From NCBI GenBank assembly GCA_038087875.1, contig CM075994.1:868001-932000 (forward strand): a DNA stretch of 64,000 nt. The letters are read 5' to 3'. The position numbers and the translations under genes are program-made. This document shows, one piece after another, positions 13,701 through 23,739 of the stretch. Each line of letters begins with the position of its first letter. Within the stretch, counting starts at the first letter, position 1. The notes under the pieces were generated by a model. It did not search any database and was not told where the DNA came from. It worked only from the letters and a program-made list of their open reading frames with translations. Origin of the DNA: Malacoraja senta (lineage: Eukaryota).

Positions 13701-15192
13701 CTACTCACTTCTCCTATTGAACATGTATGCAATTAATTCGCAATGTCGAAACAAAGAACTGCAGATGCTCATTTATACCCAAGATAAACACAGATTGTCA
13801 CAAAGATTTAATAAGAATCTGAAGGGTATCGTTTTCACGCAGTGGGTGGTGGGCATATGGAATGAGCTGCCAGAGGAGGTAGTGGAGGCAGGGGCTAGGG
13901 CAACGTTTTTTAACGAGACATTTACACAGGTACGTGGATCAGACAGGTTAAGAGCGATATGAGCCAAATGCGGGCAGGTGGAACTAGTGTAGAATGGACA
14001 TGTTGGCCGGTGTGGGCAAGTTAGACTGAAGAGCCTGTTTCCATGCTGTAAGACTCTATGACTATGAGTATGGCTCTAAGTGCTGGTAACTCAGCGGGTC
14101 AGGCTGCATCCCTGGAGAAAAAGGATAGGTGACACTTTGGGTCGGGACTGAAAGTGGGGGGTGGGGAGCGGAAGGGGGTGAAGAGGTGGAGATGAAAAAA
14201 GATCAGGGCCGGCCACAAATTAACACAGGCAGGGCGGAGCCTGGTAGGTCCATTGTTGGTGTGATCTCAAGAGGGATACAAAGTGGTGAACTATGGAACT
14301 AATTTAACTATGATGGAGGAATGGGGAAAGTGGGGAGGGGGTGGGGGGGAAGGCAGTCGGTAGAAGTTACTTAAAATTTGATAATTCAACGTTCACCTGC
14401 TGGGGTGTAAGCTGCCCAAGCGAAATATGAGGTGCTGTTCCTTCAATTTGCGCTGGGCCTCACTCTGACAGTGGAGGAGGCCCAGGACAGAAAGGTCAGT
14501 GTGGGAATGGGAAGGAGAGTTAAAATGGTACAACACTGACATCTCAATACCTCAATAGTCACCTTTCAGACGACACTAGATATGCATCTTTCTGCATTTA
14601 GATTTAAAGGTTTATTCAGTTTTGTTTATTGTCACGTGTACCGAGGTACAGTGAAACGTTTTTGTTGCATGCTATCCAGTCAGCAGAAAGACAATACATG
14701 ATTACAATCGTGCCGTTTACATTGTAAGGAAACATGATAAGGAAATAACGTTCAGTGCAAGGTAAAGCCAGCAAAGTCCAATCAAGGATAGTCCGAGCAT
14801 CATCAAAGAGGTAGATAGTATTTCAGCACTGCTCTCTGGTTGTGGTAGTTGCCTAATAACAGCTGGGAAGAAACTGTCCCTGAATCTGGAGGTGTGCGGT
14901 TTCACACTTCTGTACCTTTTGTCTGATGGGAGAGGGGAGAAGAGGGAATGGCCAGGGTGTGACTCGTCTTTGATTATGCTGCTGGACTTGCAGCATGAGG
15001 TATAAAATGAAGTAAAAATTACCTGGCAGATCCATGAAATATTTAATCAGATGTAAGATTTCCATCGAGCCCACTGCAAAGTGAAGGAACAAAGTTAGAG
15101 TTTCGGGGTGATGTGAGTTAAAATGGAGGCAGACTAAAGTAAGTTAACTCACCAAGAGGGATCAGAAGGACAACGAAAAATATTCCCCTCAT
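4664..15192 (-). CDS. Unrecognised secreted cysteine-repeat protein, 6 coding exons (15192-15153, 15073-15023, 11516-11457, 7048-6971, 5430-5398, 4750-4664); 3' end not resolved
   Basis: Exons sit in non-repeat islands, have canonical splice sites and all introns are phase 1. They join without a stop into [116 protein letters not shown]. Hydrophobic N-terminus; TATA box upstream. Confidence 0.85.
4838..5140 (-). mobile_element. HE1-like tRNA-derived SINE
   Basis: ggcacggtggcgcaatggtagaga head; B-box gggttcgattc; CR1-like tail. Confidence 0.8.
5398..5430 (-). CDS. Coding exon 5 ((D)[10 protein letters not shown])
   Basis: Acceptor ctttatctcttttgcag; donor G|GTGAGT; 33 bp, phase 1-1. Confidence 0.75.
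5710..6165 (+). mobile_element. Rex1/Babar LINE 3' fragment
   Basis: [16 protein letters not shown]...LLPSGRRF...KNSFYP; tail aatgacaataaa followed by (ATTC)n. Confidence 0.85.
6971..7048 (-). CDS. Coding exon 4 ((D)[25 protein letters not shown])
   Basis: Acceptor T-rich tract ending tctccag; donor G|GTAAGT; 78 bp, phase 1-1. Confidence 0.85.
7318..9330 (+). mobile_element. CR1 LINE 3' part, split by an L2 insertion
   Basis: Nearly the same sequence as 3150-4075; breaks at ...gccttcat / ataacaagagg. Confidence 0.9.
7613..8699 (-). mobile_element. L2 LINE 3' fragment nested in CR1
   Basis: [11 protein letters not shown] and [11 protein letters not shown]...[15 protein letters not shown] (L2 RT); tail tgtaaagcactttgg...tgctatataaataaa followed by (GACTT)n. 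Confidence 0.9.
11457..11516 (-). CDS. Coding exon 3 ((G)[19 protein letters not shown])
   Basis: Acceptor atttatattcacag; donor G|GTAAGT; 60 bp, phase 1-1. Confidence 0.8.
11625..12185 (+). mobile_element. CR1 LINE 3' fragment
   Basis: [22 protein letters not shown] motifs and CR1 3' UTR. Confidence 0.85.
13180..13625 (-). mobile_element. CR1 LINE 3' fragment
   Basis: [14 protein letters not shown]...[10 protein letters not shown]. Confidence 0.85.
15023..15073 (-). CDS. Coding exon 2 ((V)[16 protein letters not shown])
   Basis: Acceptor gttccttcactttgcag; donor CAG|GTAATT; 51 bp, phase 1-1. Confidence 0.85.
15153..15192 (-). CDS. Coding exon 1 (signal peptide [13 protein letters not shown])
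   Basis: ATG in catcATGa context; donor G|GTGAGT; 79-bp intron follows. Confidence 0.85.
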
Positions 15193-15300
15193 GATGAGAA
15201 AGATGCGATCGTTCAATTTCAGGTCTCTTCAGTGCTTATGGGCTTTGCCACCGTCTTCTTGTAGCCAAGTCTTCTGCAGTTTCCGTACTATGGCTGGGGC

Positions 15301-15380
15301 TTTTTATATTGTTTCCACACCCTGAAATTGAAACTCAGTCAAGTGCCTAGATGTGAACCAGTGACGTCTAGTTTCGTTTT
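15301..15380 (-). promoter_or_regulatory. TATA box and proximal promoter of the secreted-protein gene
   Basis: TATAAAA on minus strand at 15308-15302, about 110 bp upstream of the ATG. IRF/ISRE-like GAAATTGAAACT (15324-15335) and AGTTTCGTTTT (15370-15380). CRE-like TGACGTC (15362-15368). Confidence 0.55.
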
Positions 15381-16427
15381 ATGCCTTCAAAACCAACCTG
15401 GAGTTTAGATGAATAAGGGGTGGACCACATTGAAACTTACCGAATAGTGAAAGGCCTGGATAGAGTGGATGTGGAGAGGATGTTTCCACTGGTGGAAGAG
15501 TCCAGGACCAGAGGGCACAGGATCAACATTTATTTGGTCAGAGGGTGGTGAATCTGTGGAATTCATTGCCACAGACGGCTGTGGAGGCCAAGTAAGAGGA
15601 TATTTTTAAGGCGGAGATAGATTCTTAATTAGTGCAGGTGTCAGGAGTTATGTGGAGAAGGCAGGAGAATGGGGTCAGGAGGGAGATGTAGATCAGCCAT
15701 GATTCATGCCGGAGTAGACCTGATGGGCCGAATGGTCTAATTCTGCTCCTATCCATTATGAACTTACAAATGACAGGTTTCCTTGTCATGCCGGAGTAGA
15801 CCTGATGGGCCGAGGTACGGAACCTCCCTTGGCCTGTGTGTTGTATTGTATCGTATCTCCGTCCGCACTGCGGCCTAACATCAAGGAGTTGGCGGCCTTT
15901 GCTGAGGACCGACTTCAGGAGCTCCAGCCACGGGAGCCTGAAGGACTTAACCTTGTAAACCTTGTAAACCTACGCTGCACTCCCTCAATAGCAAGAATGT
16001 CCTTCCTCAAATTAGACCAAAACTGCACACAATACTCCAGGTGTGGTCTCACTAAGGCCCTGTACAACTGCAGAAGGACCTCTTTGCTCCTATATTCGAT
16101 TCCTCTTGTTATAAAGACCAACATGCCATTTGCTTTGTTCACTGCCTGCTGTACTTGCATGCATTACTGTCATAGACTGATGTACAAGGACCCCCAGATC
16201 CCGTTGTACTTCACCTTTTCCCAACTTGACGCCATTTGAGTTTAGAAGAATGAGAGGGGGACCTCATTGAAACCCACCGAATTGTGAAAGGCCTGGATAG
16301 GGTAGATGTGGAGAGGATGTTTCCGCTGGTGGGAGAGTCTAGGATCAGTGGTCACAGCCTCAGAATAAAAGGATGTTCATTTAGGTAACAGATGAAGAAG
16401 GATTTCTTGCTCAGAGGGTGGTGAACC

Positions 16428-17240
16428 TGCACATCCACTTACTTTGGCGGATGTGCAGGAGTGGGCGCCGTTTGTATGGCCGCCTGCCTGCAGTCCATCC
16501 TCTAACTCTTTTATTGTCTGAACATTTATTTTTTGGAGTCTATTCTTTCTATGTGGGGGGGGGAACTGTTTTAACCCCAGTCCTACCTGGTCAGAGATGC
16601 GGTTTTCCTCCAAATCGCGTCTCCGGTCTCCCCATGCGGCCTTCCATCGGGCTGGAACGGCGATTCCTGCCGGGGACCACAGCTTCGGCGGCACAGCGCT
16701 GGGACATCAGCAGGGAGCGGGCGATGCCTTGCCGGGTCGCCGCTCCGGAGTGCTGTGGCCGCCGACCACCAACATCGGGCAGCCGCAGTCTGCGGTCTGC
16801 GGTTTGAGGGCGACACCGCGGAGTCGAGGCTCCAACCGGCGCGGCCTGAAATCCACGGGCGTCGCAGTCTCCGGGGAAGGAGCGGCCGCTCCAGACATTT
16901 TCAAGCTGCTGAGGACTTTTCCACCCGATGCGGGTGGGCAAACAACATCGGGCTGCCGTTGCGGCGACTGGCTGCAGTGGCCTCAAACTGGCCCCGACCT
17001 CGGGTGGACTAGGAGGAGGAGGAGGACTGGACATTTTGGTGCCTTCCCTCACAGTGGAGAGTGGAGATTCTACTGTGGGGGGATGTTCGTGTTTGTGTAA
17101 AATCTCTTATAGTGTGTTGTCATTTTTTCTATCTCTTTTTATTATTTGTATGGTTAGTAACTGTAAAGCACTTTGGCTTTTGATTCAAATCATTTGGAAA
17201 ATGTGCTATATAAATAAACTTATTATTATTATTATTATTA
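16428..17240 (+). mobile_element. GC-rich non-autonomous retroelement with L2-type tail, inserted in a CR1 fragment
   Basis: Body homologous to 34824-35700; tail tgtaaagcactttgg...tgtgctatataaataaa followed by (TAT)n, matching the L2 tail near 7620-7690. Confidence 0.75.
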
Positions 17241-17339
17241 ATTCATTGCCACAGAAGGCTGTTGAGGCCAAGTCAGTGGATATTTTTAAGGCAGATATAC
17301 TGTAGATAGATTCTTGATTACTACGGGTGTCAGAGGTTA

Positions 17340-20300
17340 CGGGGAGAAGGCAGGAGAATGGGGCTTGGAGGGAAAGATAGATCAGCTGTAATACAATGGC
17401 GGAATAGACTTGATGGGCCGCATGGCCTAATTCTGCTCCTATCCCTTATGAACTTACAAACGACCGGTTTTCTTGTCCTCCCCCCCCCCATCTAAGCACG
17501 GGACCTCCCTTGGCCTGTGTGACTGTCATCTCTGTCTCTGCTGAACTACACCCACACAGTTAGTTTTGTTTTCCCTGTCCTGCTGAGATTCTCTGCATCA
17601 GATTCCATCCGTAACAACAAAGCATGACTCAGGAGCCTGCCTCCTCCCTCCCTGTGTCCCTCCCCCTCTGGCCTTGAACGGATCTGCCTTCAATCACGGT
17701 TGGAGATACAGCACGGAAACAGGCCCTTTAGCCCACCCAGTCCGTGCCTTCCGGCAATCCGGAATGAGTGGTTTACCTATGATGAACGTTTGTCGGCACT
17801 GGGCCTGTACTGGCTGGATCACCCGGTGGCCCCAACAATGACTGCCGCGCCAAAAGTCTGTCTGCCCTTCCTTCTTTGTTGTTTGATAGTATGTGTTAAT
17901 TGTATATTATAGTGTTCTTTAGTTTACATGATGTTGGAGGGTGGGGGAGGGGAAACCTCGTTTAATCTCTTACCCTGACGGAGATGCTATTTTTTTCCGT
18001 ATCGTATCTCCGTCCGCACTGCGGCCTAACATCGAGGAGTTGGCGGCCTTTGCTGAGGACCGACTTCAGGAGCTCCAGCCACGGGAGCCTGCAGGACTTA
18101 ACATCGTGACGCTTGCGATGCCTGGCCTCGAGGCCGACTTCGGGAGCTCCAAGCCGCAGGAGATTCGACCGCCCCGACGTGGGAGCTTTGATCGCCCCGA
18201 CATGGGAGCTTCAACCACCAGCTTTGGAAGGTTCGAGTGCCCCGACAGGAAGGCAGGAGAATGGGGCTAGGAGGGAGAGATAGATCAGCTGTGATTGAAT
18301 GGCAGATAAGACTTGATGGATTGAATGGCCTAATTCTGCTCCTATCCCTTATGAACTTACATACGACAGGTTTGCTTGCCCCCCCCTCCCTCCATCTCGG
18401 CACGGAACCTCCCTTGGCCTGTGTGACTGTCGTCTCTCTGTCTCTGCTGAACTACACCCACACAGTTAGTTTTGTTTTCCCCGTCCTGCTGAGATTCTCT
18501 GCATCAGATTCCATCCGTAACAACAAAGCATGACTCAGCAGCCTGCCTCCTCCCTCCCTCCCCCTCTGGCCTTGAACAAATCTGCCTTTTATCACGGTTG
18601 GAGATACAGCACGGAAACAGGCCCTTCGGCCCACCGAATCCGTGCCTACCGGCATTCCGGAATGAGTGGGTTTACATATGATGAGTGTTTATCGGCACTG
18701 GGCCTGTACTCGCTGGACCACCAGGTGGCGCCAGCAATGGCAGCAGCGCCAACAGTCTGTCTGCCCCTTCCTTCTTTGTAGTTTGATAGTATGTGTTAAT
18801 TGTATGTCTTAGTGTTCTTTCGTTTATATAATGTTGGGGGGCAGGTTGGGGGAAACCTTGTTTCATCTTTTACCTCGACAGAGATGCAATTTTTTACCGT
18901 ATCGTATCTCCGTCCACACTGCTGCATAACATCGAGGAGTTGGCGTGCTTTATTGAGGACCAACATCTGGAGCTCCAGCCACGAGAGTCTACGGAGTTTA
19001 ACATCGTTGAGCTCGCGTTCTAGAGGCCGACCTCAGAGCTCCAACCACGAGAGCCTAAAGACTTTAACATCGTGGAACTCCGTGTGCGGACGTGGCGTGG
19101 AAGACCGAGAAGCCGAAGCGAAAAAGTGGAAGCCCTATAACCGAACGGAAACAAAGCCGAAAAGCCAAATAACCGAAAGCGTACGAAGCCGAAAAGCCAA
19201 ATAACCGAGAGGGCGCGAAGCCGATAAACCAACTAACCGAAAGTGCAGGACGCCTAAAAGCCAACTCACCGAAAGCCGCAATTCCGAAACGCCAACTCAC
19301 CGAGAGGCCCCAATGCCGAGAAGCCAACTCGCCAAAAGGTCGCAAAGCCGAAATGCCAGATAATGGACATGACGTCGCCAGGGGAGTGGGACTTGTCAGC
19401 GATTGGTCCAGACCCCCGCACCATCAATTCACTGGCCGGAGGAGATGGGAGGGTGGGGGTCACTTCCCCCACACAAGACCACCCGGGGCTAGAGGGTGAC
19501 TGGGCACTCTGAACCCGAGCACCAAGTGTAAGCGGCTGAAGGAGCGCAGGGGTCTGGACCAATCGCTGACAAGTCCAGCCCCCCGGCGGCATCATGTCTG
19601 TTATTTGGCCTTTCAGCATTGCGCCCTTTCGGTGAGTTGCCTCTAAGCGTTGGGGCCTTTGGGTGAGTTGGCGTTTCGGCATTGCGGCCTTTCGTTGAGT
19701 TCGCTTTAGTCATCCCACCCTGTCGGTTTGTTGGCTTTTGGGCTTCGTATGCTTTCGCTTATTTGGCTTTTCGGCTTCATACGATTTTGGTTATTTGGCT
19801 TTTCGGCTTTGTTTCCATTCGGTTATTTGGCTTCCACTTCTTCGTTTATGTGAAGGAGCTATCGCTCCTTCGACGCCACATCCGGGTACCTTGGAACTCG
19901 CTTGAGACCGATTTCGGGATCTTCAAGCCGCAGGAACTTCGACCGCCCCGACACGGGAGCTTCAACCGCCAGCTTCGGATGGTTCGAGTTCCCTGACAGT
20001 GGGAGAATAAGGAGGTAGAAGTTTGGACTTTATTGCCTTCCATCACAGTGAGGAATGTGGGGAATCCGCTGTGGTGGATGTTTATGTTAACTTTTATATA
20101 GCTGTGTGTCTTGTTTTTTTTTTAGTATGGCTGTATGGTAAAACGAATTTCACTGGACCTTAATTGGTACTTGTGACAATAAACTAACCTTGAAATCTGG
20201 AACCTTGAAAGAATGGGGCTAGGAGAGAGAGATAGATCAGCTGTGATTGAATGGCGGAGTAGACTTAATGGGTCGCATATCCTAATTCTGCCCCTATCCC

Positions 20301-20510
20301 TTATGAACTTCCAAACGACAGGTTTCCTTGTCCCCCACCGCATCCCCCCCACTGAACCTCCCTTGGCCTGAGTGACTGTCATCTCTCTGTTTCTGCTGAA
20401 CTCCACCCACTCAGTTAGTTTTGTTTTCCCCGTCCAGCTGAGATTCTCTGCTTCACATTCCATCCGTAACAACAAAGCATGAATCAGCAGCCTGCCTCCT
20501 CCCTCCTTCT
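17340..20510 (+). repeat. Local tandem triplication of an approximately 0.9-kb unit containing a non-TE cassette
   Basis: Cassette copies at about 17450-17700, 18350-18600 and 20300-20510 (partial copy at about 15760-15840), each preceded by the same CR1 3' end. Confidence 0.85.
19081..19891. mobile_element. Foldback-type non-autonomous DNA element (long imperfect inverted repeats)
   Basis: Arms 19087-19420 and 19545-19884 are reverse complements built from approximately 15-bp CCGAAAAGCCAA repeats; flanking direct repeat TGGAACTC at 19073-19080 and 19892-19899. Confidence 0.8.
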
Positions 20511-21447
20511 TCAATTTCACGTAATCCCTGCTTTCTCCTCCCCTTCCCAGCTCTCCCTCAGCCCACTGCCTCTGCCTCTTCCTTTCTTCTTCCCGTCCCC
20601 CCCACACTCACATCAGTCTGAAGAAGGGTCTCGACCCAAAACGTCGCCTATTTCCTTCGCTCCATAGATGCTGCCTCACCCATTGAGTTTCTCCAGCATT
20701 TTTGTCCACCCATTCACACAAGTTCTGTCATCCCACTTTCCTCTCCCACTCCCTACACATTAGGAGCAATTTTACATTGACGAGTTAACCTACAAAGCCA
20801 ATGCGTCTTTGGGATGTGGGAGGAAACCGACATGCTTGCAGGGAGAATGTGCAAATTCAATACAGACAGTGCCCGAGAACAGGATCGACCACAGATCTCT
20901 GGCGTGTGAGGCAGCAAGTCCACCAGCTGTGCCACTATATTTTGTTTTCCAACACACACAAAATTATACGTCGATAACTTTGGTTACTAAACAAATGAAA
21001 ATATCCATTTTCAGTTTTAAATCTCTAAGTGACGCTATGTCCCCCTTTACAGCTACTGTATGTTTTAATTACGTTCAAGACTATGGGGCAGTGCATTGGC
21101 CATAAAGTTGCTGCCTAAAAGTGCCAGAGACCCGGAATTGATCCTGAATATGGGTGCTGTCTGTATAGAGTTTGCTCCTTTTCCCTTTGACCACATGGGT
21201 TTTCTCCGGGTGCTCTTGTTTCCTTCCACATTCCAAAGGTGTGCAAGAACCTATTTCAGACCCAAACCAAAACGTAATATTTTCCTTTTGTCCAGAAATT
21301 CTGTCTGACCTGTTGAGTTACTCCAGCTTTTTGTGCCTATCTTCAGTTTAAACCAGCATCTGCTGTTGCTTCCTACACACACGATACTATACGATAGAAC
21401 TTTATTAATCCCAGGAGGGAAATTGTGTATGTGTGTATATATATTAT

Positions 21448-21460
21448 ACACACACAAACA

Positions 21461-21538
<78 letters not shown>

Positions 21539-21602
21539 CACACTCACACTCACACTCACACTCACACTCACACTCACACTCACACTCACACTCACACTCA
21601 CA

Positions 21603-21636
<34 letters not shown>
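21448..21636. repeat. Compound microsatellite (CA)n/(CACACT)n
   Basis: Direct observation. Confidence 0.98.
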
Positions 21637-21643
<7 letters not shown>

Positions 21644-23097
21644 TTATATAGTTATATATTCATATATAAATTTACACCGTTTTGTTTTCTCGTTTATAAC
21701 ATTGTTTACAGAGTACTATGTTTACATATTCTGTTGTGCTGCTGCAAGTAAGGACTTCATTGTTCTAACTGGGACGTGAAAGAATAAAACACTCTTGACT
21801 CTGGGTTACTCCACTAATATGTGGGATAGAACAAGTGTATGAGTGATCGGTGGTCGGCGTGGACTCTGTGGGCCGAAGGGCCTGTTTCCACACTGTATCT
21901 TTAAATTAAACTAAAAACACTAAAACCAGAGGGAGTCTAAAGAAGGGTCTCTACCCGAAACGTCACCCAATTTCTTCTATCCAGGGTTGCTGGCTGCTCC
22001 ATGGAGTTCCCCCGCACAATTAAAGCATGGAATAGTCTTCACCCTACCATAGTTACCCAACCAGACGCAACTAAATTTAAGGTACCTCTTTTTTCCCCAA
22101 GAACCCTTTTTTGCTTAAGTCCAAGTCAAGAGTCAAGAGAGTTTTTTTGTCATGTGTCCCAGAGAGGACAATGAAATTCTTGCTTGCTGCAGCACAACAG
22201 AATATGTCAATATAATACAGAACAGGAGATAAAAGTCCAGTGTGTTTATATACTATAGACCATATATATACACAATAAATAAACAGATAAAATACAATAT
22301 GCTGTTATTGTTCAGCCCTCCACCACCTCCAGTTTAAATTCCATTTAGAATATTTATGGAGGACCAGGAAACCAGAAGCAAGAGTTACTCCAGGGAGTTA
22401 CTCCAGATCCAGGGTCAGGGAGTGATTCTGCGTTGGTTTTCAGCGGTCGCGGCGAGGTGGCGACCGGACAGCAATGGCGTCCAGATCTCCCGCATTTCAA
22501 AGCGAGGGAGAAAGTGCCCAGCGCCGACTAGATGCCGTGGCAGTGCGCATGCGCAGGGCGGCCGATGATGTGCTGGCCGTGGTTGTGCGCATGTGCAGGG
22601 GGGATGATGTGCTTGCCGTAGCAGTGCGCATGTGCAAGGCGGCCTGCCGTGCCGGCGGATGAGGAGCGAGTGGAGAATGGAGACCCGGACATGGATACGG
22701 ATGGCGGGCGGAGACGGAGATTGACAGACAGAGAGAGATAGAGATGGAGAGGGGGGCCCAGCCCAGAGTTGAACGGCAGGTGTCCTGCCTTGGGCGGAGG
22801 CCGCCTAGATTTCAAGGCCCTAGGCTTCAGCCTATGGAGCCTAGTGGTAAATCCGGCTCTGCGAGGCCCCCCTTGATCTCGAGGCCCTAAGCTTAAGCTT
22901 GTCAAGCTGATACGTAAATCCGGCCCTGCGTACTTTTGGGTTGCATCACAGCTTGGTTTGGGAACAGCTCCGCCCAAGAAATTGCAGAGAGTTGTGGATG
23001 TAGCCTAGTCCATCACACAGACCAGACTCCCCCACCATCGACTCCATCTACACTTCACGCTGCCTCGGGAAAGCAGCCAACATCATCGAAGACTTAT

Positions 23098-23413
23098 GGG
23101 CGGTCACGGTGGCGCAGCGGTAGAGTTGCTGCCTCACAGTTAATGCAGCACCAGAAACCCGGGTTCGATACCGACTACGGGTGCTGTCTGTACGGAGTTT
23201 GTACGTTCTCCCCGTGACCTGCGTGGGTTTCATCAAGATCTTCAGTTTCCTCCCACACGCCAAAGACATACAGGTTAATTGGCTTGGTAAATGTAAACAA
23301 AATTGTCCCTAGTGGGTGTAGGATAGTGTTAATGTGTGGGGATCGCTGGTCGGAGTGCACCTGGTGGGATGAAGGGCCCATTTCCGTGCTGTATCTCTAA
23401 ACTAAACTAAACT
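23098..23413 (+). mobile_element. HE1-like tRNA-derived SINE (well preserved)
   Basis: A-box TGGCGCAGCGG; B-box GGTTCGATACC; tail gtgctgtatctctaa followed by (ACTAA)n. Further copies at about 10800, 11115, 12245, 20720, 24230, 25825, 28320 and 57640. Confidence 0.85.
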
Positions 23414-23739
23414 AGTCCCACCACGGTCATTCCTTCTCTCCCCTCTCCCATCCGGCAGGAGTTTGGTTTAGTTTGGTTTAGGTTAGTTTAGTTTATTATT
23501 GTCACATACAGTGAAAAGCTTTTGTTTGCATGCTCTCCAGTCAGAAAAAAGGGGTTTAGGGAATGGTTTAGAAAAGGCAGAAGAATGGGGTTTAGTTTTG
23601 TTTAGTTTTGTTTATTGTCTCGTGTGCCGAGGTACAGAGAAGAGCGTTTCTGTTGAGTGTTATCAAGTCAGTGAAAAGACTATACGTGATTACAATTAGA
23701 CCGTCCACAGTGCGCAGATGAAGGATAAAGGGGACAACA

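Noticed and set aside
4664..15192. Assignment of the secreted protein to CSF1/FLT3LG/KITLG, SCPP, saposin or secretoglobin families
   Set aside because: No recognisable family motif by eye; cysteine spacing does not match, and SCPP genes use phase-0 introns; left unassigned
16377..17100. Several overlapping GC-rich ORFs (also 34896-35565 and 58244-58920)
   Set aside because: They lie within the non-coding SINE-like family; frames are not conserved between copies
21251..21779. His-Thr, Cys-Val and Cys-Glu repeat ORFs
   Set aside because: Translations of a (CA)n/(CACACT)n microsatellite
22380..22930. GC-rich block with GCGCATG repeats ending in a hAT-like TIR (TAAATCCGGCCCTG)
   Set aside because: Only one convincing terminus and no TSD; cannot be delimited or distinguished from a CpG-rich fragment
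23098..23180. tRNA-like sequence with A and B boxes
   Set aside because: Head of a multi-copy SINE; no complete cloverleaf
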